Assembly: GCA_964621075.1 (NCBI GenBank)
Contig: CAZUKV010000002.1
Coordinates: forward strand, 1 to 58,287
Direction: 5' to 3'
DNA from: an uncultured bacterium
GTDB taxonomy: Bacteria > Macinerneyibacteriota > Macinerneyibacteria > Macinerneyibacteriales > Macinerneyibacteriaceae
DNA: 58,287 nt
The notes beneath the pieces are model-generated. The model did no database searches and had not been told where the DNA came from. It saw only the letters and a program-made list of their open reading frames with translations. This document shows positions 50,410 to 57,837 of this stretch, one piece after another. The position numbers and the translations under genes are program-made. Numbering within the stretch: the first letter of the stretch is position 1; every line of letters starts with the position of its first letter.

Positions 50410-51232
50410 AAATTTATATCATATTTATTTAAAAGATACCCCCATGGAAACTTTGGCTTTAGAAAATATAAATTTAAAAGTAGAAAAAAATGAGATAATT
50501 GGAATTATTGGGAAATCGGGCTCCGGGAAATCTACTTTAATTCAACATTTTAATGGATTATTAAAACCAACCAAGGGAGATATTTATATAAACGGACAAC
50601 CCATTAGTTCTAAGAAAAACATGAATGTGACATCAAAAATTGGTCTGGTTTTTCAATTTCCCGAAATGCAACTTTTTGAAGATTCGGTTTATGATGATAT
50701 AGCTTTTGGCCCCAGGAATTTAAAATGGAGTAAAAAAAAGATCGATGAGGCTGTTAATTGGGCTGTAGATGAAATTGCCCCTAATTTAAAAGATAGATTT
50801 GAAGATTCTCCTTTTAAATTAAGTGGTGGGGAACAGAGAAAAACTGCAATTTGTGGAATTCTGGCAATGAAACCGAGAATGATATGTTTTGATGAGCCAA
50901 CAGCAGGGATGGATCCAGCCTCGAAAAAAGATTTTTTTTCTCTCATGTGCAAGCTTAAAAAAGATGGAATTCAGATAATATTTATTTCTCATAATATTAA
51001 TGATATTTTAAATTATTCTGACAGAATACTGATTATGGAGAATGGATTGATTGCAGAAGATATGCTCAAAAGTAGTTTAAAAGAAAATATTGAAATTTTA
51101 AATAAATATGAGCTTGATCTTCCCGATGTTTATAAGTTCAGCAAATACCTTTCAAGATATTTAGATATTTCTCCTATTCATGAGGAAGAAAAGTTAAATA
51201 GAATTTTGGATAGCTATTTAATTAATTCTTAA
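50390..51232 (+). CDS. ecfA2: ECF transporter ATPase A2
   Basis: ALENINL, GKSGSGKS, VFQFPEMQLFE, DIAFGP, SPFKLSGGEQRK. Confidence 0.9.
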   Translation: MMKIEVKNLYHIYLKDTPMETLALENINLKVEKNEIIGIIGKSGSGKSTLIQHFNGLLKPTKGDIYINGQPISSKKNMNVTSKIGLVFQFPEMQLFEDSVYDDIAFGPRNLKWSKKKIDEAVNWAVDEIAPNLKDRFEDSPFKLSGGEQRKTAICGILAMKPRMICFDEPTAGMDPASKKDFFSLMCKLKKDGIQIIFISHNINDILNYSDRILIMENGLIAEDMLKSSLKENIEILNKYELDLPDVYKFSKYLSRYLDISPIHEEEKLNRILDSYLINS

Positions 51233-51652
51233 ATCATTTAAAAATTCTTCTTCTCTTATATGAGCGCTTTTATTTTTAATAGATTTGTAAAGTTCTTTTT
51301 TCTTTCTTCTTATTAATTTAAATATAATTTTAATAACTTCTGTGTATTCCTTTAATGTATATTTTTTTTTAGCATGTATTATATCTCCTCTAATTTGTCT
51401 GGCATAAGTTTCTTTTTCTTTTAAATTTTTTTTATATTCATACCAGTTGATGTTATAATATTTTTTTAAGAATTTTATTAAGCCCTTGATGTTTACAGCT
51501 GAGCTCGTGTCAAATTTTTCCCAATAATATTGTGTTTTGTCATAATTTAAATTTACATCATTTGTAGCTATATTAAAAAATATATCTTTTGTAATTTTTT
51601 CATAATATATAAATAGTTCGATAATAATTTTTTCGAAAATCCATTTAATCAT
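51218..51652 (-). CDS. Hypothetical protein, possible HEPN-domain protein
   Basis: 144-aa helical-looking ORF with RGDIIH (Rx4H) near the C-terminus; no clear SD. Confidence 0.55.
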   Translation of the reverse strand: MIKWIFEKIIIELFIYYEKITKDIFFNIATNDVNLNYDKTQYYWEKFDTSSAVNIKGLIKFLKKYYNINWYEYKKNLKEKETYARQIRGDIIHAKKKYTLKEYTEVIKIIFKLIRRKKKELYKSIKNKSAHIREEEFLNDLRIN

Positions 51653-51772
51653 TGTATAAAATATAACAAAAATTATGAATTTTACAACAATATCTTTCGT
51701 AAAAAGAAATTAGTTGTAAAAGATCAGAAACACCTTATAATTGTAATGATAATTAAACAGGAGGTGTGATAT

Positions 51773-52897
51773 ATGTTATATAGAAAAATGAGTTCAACTG
51801 GCGATAAAGTATCTGTGCTGGGATTTGGATGTATGAGATTCCCAACAGATGATGATGGAAATATTAAAAAAAATGAATCTGAAAAAATGCTGGATTATGC
51901 AGTTGATAATGGTGTGAATTATTTTGATACAGCATGGCCATATCATGGTGAAAAAAGTGAACCATTTATTGGGAGCTATTTTCAGGATAATAGAAAAGAT
52001 ATATATTTGGCTACAAAACTACCGAGCTGGAAAATTGAGAAACCAGAAGATTTGGATGAATATTTTAAAAAACAGCTTAAAAGATTAAAAACAGATTATA
52101 TTGATTATTATCTTCTCCATGCTTTAAATAAAAAAAGATGGGAAAAGCTCTTAGAAAATGATATTTTTGATTTTATTGAAGATATAAAAAAGAAAAATAA
52201 AATACGTGCTATTGGGTTCTCTTTTCATGGAAAACTTGAAACGTTTAAAGATATAATTGATTCTTATGATTGGGATTTTTGTCAGATTCAATATAATTTT
52301 ATGGATACAGATTATCAGGCTGGACGTGAAGGCCTTAGATATGCAGCTGATAAGGGGATTGATCTTGTAATTATGGAACCATTAAGGGGGGGGATGCTTA
52401 CAAATAACGTTCCAGAGGATATTCAAGAAATCTGGAATAATTTAGGCGAAAATTCTTCACCAGCAGAATGGGCTTTGAGATGGGTCTGGAATCATTCTGA
52501 AGTAACTGTCACTTTAAGTGGAATGAGTAACATGAACCATGTAAAAGAAAATGTTGATGTAAGTGATAAAGCAGCAGCTAATTCTTTAACAGATAAACAA
52601 TTATCTATAATAGATAAAGTTAGAAAAACATATGATGAAAGAACCAGGGTAAACTGCACTAATTGTAAATATTGCATGCCATGTCCTAATGGAGTAAATA
52701 TACCAGGGGCCTTTAGATTTTATAACAATGCTTATATTTACAATGAATTTGAAAGAATGAAAAATTTTTATAATAGAGCTCTGGATGATGACAGTAAGGC
52801 TTCAAAATGTATTGAATGCGGAGAATGTCTTGATAAATGTCCTCAAAATATTTCTATAATTGAAAAATTGAAAGAGGTAGCTGAAGCTTTTGAATAA
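51773..52897 (+). CDS. Aldo/keto reductase with C-terminal 4Fe-4S dicluster
   Basis: LGFGCMRFP, DTAWPYH, LATKLP, GFSFH, MEPLRGG, CTNCKYCMPCP and CIECGECLDKCPQ; GGAGG SD. Confidence 0.92.
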   Translation: MLYRKMSSTGDKVSVLGFGCMRFPTDDDGNIKKNESEKMLDYAVDNGVNYFDTAWPYHGEKSEPFIGSYFQDNRKDIYLATKLPSWKIEKPEDLDEYFKKQLKRLKTDYIDYYLLHALNKKRWEKLLENDIFDFIEDIKKKNKIRAIGFSFHGKLETFKDIIDSYDWDFCQIQYNFMDTDYQAGREGLRYAADKGIDLVIMEPLRGGMLTNNVPEDIQEIWNNLGENSSPAEWALRWVWNHSEVTVTLSGMSNMNHVKENVDVSDKAAANSLTDKQLSIIDKVRKTYDERTRVNCTNCKYCMPCPNGVNIPGAFRFYNNAYIYNEFERMKNFYNRALDDDSKASKCIECGECLDKCPQNISIIEKLKEVAEAFE

Positions 52898-52904
52898 AAA
52901 ATAA

Positions 52905-52930
52905 ATAAAAGAGGGGAAACCCTCTTTTAT
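52905..52930. terminator. Bidirectional intrinsic terminator
   Basis: ATAAAAGAGGG-GAAA-CCCTCTTTTAT perfect 11-bp stem between convergent genes. Confidence 0.88.
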
Positions 52931-53397
52931 TTATATAAAAAAACACCACCATTATTGTTTCCATTGTTTATTGTTGTTTTAAATATCTCGCTCATTATTG
53001 GTTCTAAATCTTTCCTTGTAAGATATTTTGCAGTGATTTCAACATGATTATTTTCATAAATACGAATTTTAACAAAATTATAAAAAAAATTTTTATTTTT
53101 ATAATTAATTAGGTTGTTTTTAGATGCTGCAATATAAGCTTTTTTATTTCCAATTGAATTTTTGGCAAAATATTCAAAAACATCCAGTGTCATTCCCCCT
53201 ATAGCTTCAGGTGAATTTTTTATTTTTTTCCCCTTAGAAAAAAGATTACACTTACCATAATGGATTCTTACTTTAATTTCAGTACCAGATTTAATAGCGG
53301 TTATTAATTCTGAAAAGTTATTTATCTTCTTTGATTGACATCCAGTTGATAGTAATGATAGGAAAATTAAAAGAAATATTAAGAATTTGTTTTTCAT
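52927..53397 (-). CDS. Lipoprotein, VirK-like
   Basis: Start MKNKFLIF (ATG 53397) with lipobox STGC; FSELITAIKSG...VRIHYGKC...IGGMTLDVF...VKIRIYENNHVEIT resembles the VirK family as recalled. Confidence 0.6.
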   Translation of the reverse strand: MKNKFLIFLLIFLSLLSTGCQSKKINNFSELITAIKSGTEIKVRIHYGKCNLFSKGKKIKNSPEAIGGMTLDVFEYFAKNSIGNKKAYIAASKNNLINYKNKNFFYNFVKIRIYENNHVEITAKYLTRKDLEPIMSEIFKTTINNGNNNGGVFLYK

Positions 53398-53534
53398 GGG
53401 TACTCCTTTTATATTATATAAAAAAAATAACAGAGATTTTAAGATAATCAACTAATTAATTATATTTATATAATATAAATTATTGTAATATATACAAGAT
53501 TGTGTATAATATATACGTTTGGTACGGAGTAAAG

Positions 53535-54482
53535 ATGAATAATAAATATGTAAATTATATTAATATTTTTATTATCTTCCTTTTTTTTATTGTAAGCTGT
53601 AAAGGAGAAAATAATATGAAAAAAAATGAAAATATTTTAAAAGATTTAAATAAAGAAGAAAAAGATGTAATTATAGATAAAGGGACAGAAGCACCTTTTA
53701 CCGGCAAATTTAATAAGTATAAGGATAAGGGAACCTATATCTGCAAAAGATGTAGACTTCCTCTATATAAATCTGAAAACAAATTTGATTCAGGGTGTGG
53801 CTGGCCGAGTTTTGATGATGAAATTGATGTTGCTGTTACAAGAAAACCGGATAAAGATGGAATTAGAACAGAAATATTATGTTCTTATTGCGGGGCACAT
53901 CTGGGACATGTATTTGAAGGAGAAGGATATACGAAAAAAAATGTCAGACATTGTGTAAATTCAATTTCCATGGACTTTATACCTTTAGAAAAAAAATTAA
54001 AGAGAAATAGAGCTATTTTTGCTGCGGGGTGTTTTTGGGGAGTTGAATATTTATTTAAAAAAGCTGAGGGTGTTTTAGATACAAGAGTTGGGTATTCAGG
54101 AGGGGGTTATGATAATCCTACCTATGAGGATGTATGTAGTGGAGAAACGGGGCATGCAGAGGCAGTAGAAGTTATTTATAATCCTAATATAATAAGTTAT
54201 GAAGATTTGGTTAAGTTGTTTTTTGAAATACATGATTTTACACAGGTTAACCGGCAGGGGCCGGATATTGGAACTCAATATAGATCTGAAATTTTTTATA
54301 TCACTGAAAAAGAAAGAAAAATAATCAAAACTTATATTAAAATTTTAGAGAAGAAAGGATATGAAGTTGCAACTCAAGTATCAAAGGCTGATCGATTTTG
54401 GGTTGCTGAAAAATATCACCAGGATTATTATGACAAAACCGGGAAAAATCCTTATTGTCATGTTAAAAAAGATATTTTTTAG
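53535..54482 (+). CDS. msrAB: Peptide methionine sulfoxide reductase fusion, MsrB followed by MsrA, with lipoprotein signal
   Basis: MsrB: GTEAPF, CKRC, GCGWPSF, CSYC, RHCVNS; MsrA: AGCFWG, GHAE, QGPDIGTQYRS, AEKYHQDY, PYCH; N-terminal IVSC lipobox. Confidence 0.93.
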   Translation: MNNKYVNYINIFIIFLFFIVSCKGENNMKKNENILKDLNKEEKDVIIDKGTEAPFTGKFNKYKDKGTYICKRCRLPLYKSENKFDSGCGWPSFDDEIDVAVTRKPDKDGIRTEILCSYCGAHLGHVFEGEGYTKKNVRHCVNSISMDFIPLEKKLKRNRAIFAAGCFWGVEYLFKKAEGVLDTRVGYSGGGYDNPTYEDVCSGETGHAEAVEVIYNPNIISYEDLVKLFFEIHDFTQVNRQGPDIGTQYRSEIFYITEKERKIIKTYIKILEKKGYEVATQVSKADRFWVAEKYHQDYYDKTGKNPYCHVKKDIF

Positions 54483-54484
54483 TC

Positions 54485-55708
54485 ATGGAAAGGAAGTTTA
54501 TGTTAAACAAAATGATTTTGAAATCTTTTGGATTGGTTTTTTTTATATTTTTATTTTTAAATTGTATTTTTGGTTTAGAGAATTTATCACGGGTAGAATT
54601 TGATTATTATTATAACTCTGATCAATCAAATTTTTATGATGGATATTTTAAAAATGATTTTTTATATAAAGATAATTATTTAGAAATAAAAAATAGAACA
54701 TTTTTGGGTTCAACAGAAGAAAATTTTTATTTTTTGGATTCTGCATATGGAGAGTTTTATATAAAGAATCTTATGGTTGGTGCTAAGGGTACTTATAATT
54801 CAAGTGATGATGTTGGAAGTCTGGACAAATATTCTTTTCCCTTACTGAAAAAGGATAAAAATATTTTTATATTAGATAGTCTTTCCTATAGAGATTTTTT
54901 TACAGTAAAAGATAATGCTTATGAGTTGTATGAGTATATCCCAATTAATTCAATCTATGGAAGTTTTGAATTTTATAATTTTAAACTCTCCGGGGAAACT
55001 TTTAATGCTACTCCTGAAAATTTAGATGAAGATGAAAACCTAAAAGAGTTAGAATTTTTTGAAGATTTTAATCTTTCTTTAGTATATGAATATGGGGAGG
55101 TTAAAAATGGCTTGTTCTATTGTAGTGGTTCTCTTGGAGATTATTATTACAAAAAAGTAGAAGAAGATTTGAATGGTAACGGCAATTATTTTGATGATAA
55201 ATATAAAGATATTTTAATATATGCTCTCGGCATAGAGGATTTTCACTTAAATTTTGGTTTATATAATTATGAACAGTTCCATTTCATCACATCGAGATAT
55301 AAATTTAAAAGGGATGAAGATGAATACTATATCTATCTTGATTCTAATTTTTTGAATGATACTCTTTCTTTCTATTTTACATATAATTATGATATTCAAA
55401 CTTATTTACATTATAGTTACAAGCAGGAAGAAAAAGATTATTTTCTGGCAATGGCTAAATTGTTCAGGATCGATCCTTTAAAATTCAATCTTATGGCAGG
55501 GTTCAGAGATATTTATGATAACAATAAAAATTATAGAGGTGGATATTACAATTTAAAAATAACCTACCCACATAAAATAGCAGATTTCTATTTGTCAATT
55601 GGTAATACCATGTTTAATAATCTCTGGAATAGCTGGTATATTTATCCGGAAAATGATAATTTTGTTCTACATTTTGGTTTCAGCAAAAACTTTAAATTTA
55701 ATATATGA
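54485..55708 (+). CDS. Hypothetical exported protein, candidate outer-membrane beta-barrel
   Basis: Signal peptide then Tyr/Phe/Asp-rich alternating-pattern segments; C-terminus FVLHFGFSKNFKFNI; no TM helices in the mature part. Confidence 0.55.
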   Translation: MERKFMLNKMILKSFGLVFFIFLFLNCIFGLENLSRVEFDYYYNSDQSNFYDGYFKNDFLYKDNYLEIKNRTFLGSTEENFYFLDSAYGEFYIKNLMVGAKGTYNSSDDVGSLDKYSFPLLKKDKNIFILDSLSYRDFFTVKDNAYELYEYIPINSIYGSFEFYNFKLSGETFNATPENLDEDENLKELEFFEDFNLSLVYEYGEVKNGLFYCSGSLGDYYYKKVEEDLNGNGNYFDDKYKDILIYALGIEDFHLNFGLYNYEQFHFITSRYKFKRDEDEYYIYLDSNFLNDTLSFYFTYNYDIQTYLHYSYKQEEKDYFLAMAKLFRIDPLKFNLMAGFRDIYDNNKNYRGGYYNLKITYPHKIADFYLSIGNTMFNNLWNSWYIYPENDNFVLHFGFSKNFKFNI

Positions 55709-56598
55709 AAAAAAAAAGAAATGTATTTCTTTTAATTTTGGTAATTGTTTGGATGAGATATTTGTTTCCGATAGACTATTCAAATATTAGTAAACAGTGG
55801 TATAAGAAAGAGATGGTCAAGTTAATTTTAGAACTATCTGAGATTGCAAAAAATGAAAATAGTTCTTTTGAAATTCATGTTCAAAACGGGGTTTTCCTTT
55901 TAGATAGTGAAAAAAAAATAGAAGATAATTATTTCAATCTCGTATCTTCTTTTACACATGAGGTTGAAAATTTGAACTTCTTTTCACATACAGGCATAAA
56001 AAATAAAATGGAAATGGTGAAAAAGAATAATATTGATATTAATTTAATTGGATACGGCAGAAAAAGGGAGTTTGTGAATAAATTAATTAAATTTGCAAAA
56101 AGTCATGAATATGGCATGTATATTTCAAATAATTTTAAGTTAAACCAATTTCCAGATAAAAAAATTGAAACCCGAATAAAATTTAATGATATTAAATCAT
56201 TTTTATATCTAATAAATCCTGAAAAATATTCAAAAGTAGATAATTTGATAGAGGATATTATAAAATCGGGATACAAACTGGTTTTTATAGACCCTTTTTT
56301 TAAAAGCAAGATAATCAGGAGAAATTATATAAAGAAAATGAAACAAAATGATATAAAAATAATTGCTTACATGAGCATAGGAGAAGCTGAGAATTACAGA
56401 TATTATTGGAAAAATGAATGGAATAGTAATTCTCCTCACTGGATTATTAAGCATAATGAAAACTGGCCCGGTGGATTTTTTGTTAAATACTGGAATCCTA
56501 TCTGGAAAAAAATTTTGGGAGAATATCTCCATAAAATAATTTCTGCAGGTTTTGATGGAGTTATTTTTGATGTAGTTGATAGTTATGAATATTTTTAA
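55705..56598 (+). CDS. GH114-like (endo-alpha-1,4-polygalactosaminidase, TM1410-type) glycoside hydrolase
   Basis: LVFIDP, AYMSIGEAENYRYYW, ENWPG, VKYW, GFDGVIFDVVDSY. Confidence 0.88.
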   Translation: MKKKRNVFLLILVIVWMRYLFPIDYSNISKQWYKKEMVKLILELSEIAKNENSSFEIHVQNGVFLLDSEKKIEDNYFNLVSSFTHEVENLNFFSHTGIKNKMEMVKKNNIDINLIGYGRKREFVNKLIKFAKSHEYGMYISNNFKLNQFPDKKIETRIKFNDIKSFLYLINPEKYSKVDNLIEDIIKSGYKLVFIDPFFKSKIIRRNYIKKMKQNDIKIIAYMSIGEAENYRYYWKNEWNSNSPHWIIKHNENWPGGFFVKYWNPIWKKILGEYLHKIISAGFDGVIFDVVDSYEYF

Positions 56599-56610
56599 TG
56601 GGAGATATCG

Positions 56611-57837
56611 TTGTTTAAAATAGGTAAAAAAACTTATTATGGTTTTTTTGAAACACTTGTTGGTGTTTTTGTAATATTTTATTTTTTTTATTTATCTACT
56701 CCAATGAAGATGAGTTTTTTAAATTTAAATATCCATCCTTTTTTGATAATCGTAGCGATCATTTCTATTAGATATGGAAATATAATGGGACTTTTTTCTT
56801 CTTTTCTTTCTTCAATTTTTTATCTTTATGCTTATCTTGATTCAGGGAAAGATTTATATTTATTTTTTACAGATTTAAATAATTATAAATTTCCCTTAAT
56901 GTTTATCGCTACATCAATTGTTTTAGGCAAATTCAAAGAAAATAAAGATAAAGAAATTAACGCTTTAAAAAAGAAAAATAAATTTCTCGAAAATAAATAT
57001 CAAAAGTTAAAAGAAATTAATGAAAAAAATAGTTTCATAAAAGAAGAGTTAAAAAAGAGGATTATTAGTTCCGATACAAGTCTTTATTCATTATATGAAA
57101 TAGTCAATAAACTTGATAGACTTGAAATTGAACAGATATATACAGAGCTCATGGGAATTTTAATTAAATTTATAAAAGCCAAAACAGTTTCGTTTTTTGT
57201 TTTTGATAAAGGGAAAAATATTTTAAGGTTAAAAGCAAGATATGGTGGCAAATCAAAACTTGAAAGATCGAGTAATGTTCATGGATATCAATGTTTAAAA
57301 GAAGCTGTTTTGAATGAGAAATTTGATAAAAATAAAAAATACTGCAGGATAGGATATCCACTTCTTGTATCGCCGATAAAATATAATAAAGAAATTATTG
57401 GAGTTATTGCAGTTGAAGAAGTCGAATTTGAAATGCTCAGTGAATTTACTAAAAATTTGTTTAACTTAATTATAAAATGTGCCGATAAATTTTTATATTT
57501 TGCTATAAAAGAAGATAAAAGTTTGTCAAATAAATATTATAAAAATACTAAAATATTAAAATATAAATATTTTAAAAAAAGATTAAAAGAAGAAAATAGA
57601 AGGCTGGAAGAATATGGCATGGAATTTGTTCTTTTTAAATATAGAGTAGAAAATTTTAATATAAAGGAAATAAATCTAATTCTTAAAAATATTGTTAGGA
57701 ATGTTGATGTAATTTCATTCAATAGAGAAAAGAGTATTCTTAATATTCTTATGCCCGCCACTCCATCTGAGTTTGCAGAAAACATTGAAAAAAGAATATT
57801 AAACAAATTTGATTACAGGATAGATAAAATAAAATGA
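56611..57837 (+). CDS. PelD-like c-di-GMP receptor (TM helices, coiled coil, GAF, degenerate GGDEF)
   Basis: HPFLIIVAIISIRYG TM motif, coiled coil, GAF (SPIKYNKEIIGVIAVEE), RNVD I-site, no GG(D/E)EF; TTG start after GGGAG. Confidence 0.78.
   Translation: MFKIGKKTYYGFFETLVGVFVIFYFFYLSTPMKMSFLNLNIHPFLIIVAIISIRYGNIMGLFSSFLSSIFYLYAYLDSGKDLYLFFTDLNNYKFPLMFIATSIVLGKFKENKDKEINALKKKNKFLENKYQKLKEINEKNSFIKEELKKRIISSDTSLYSLYEIVNKLDRLEIEQIYTELMGILIKFIKAKTVSFFVFDKGKNILRLKARYGGKSKLERSSNVHGYQCLKEAVLNEKFDKNKKYCRIGYPLLVSPIKYNKEIIGVIAVEEVEFEMLSEFTKNLFNLIIKCADKFLYFAIKEDKSLSNKYYKNTKILKYKYFKKRLKEENRRLEEYGMEFVLFKYRVENFNIKEINLILKNIVRNVDVISFNREKSILNILMPATPSEFAENIEKRILNKFDYRIDKIK

Noticed and set aside
51652-51669. 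TTGTATAAAATATAACAA, a Rex-like TTGT-N10-ACAA site upstream of the aldo/keto reductase
   Set aside because: Several mismatches to the Rex consensus in very AT-rich DNA and no rex gene in the window; it needs a genome-wide PWM test.
55708-55717. A10 run right after the GH114 start codon as a phase-variable switch for the Pel-like locus
   Set aside because: In frame and explained by the Lys-rich n-region (MKKKR); no evidence of length variation without reads.
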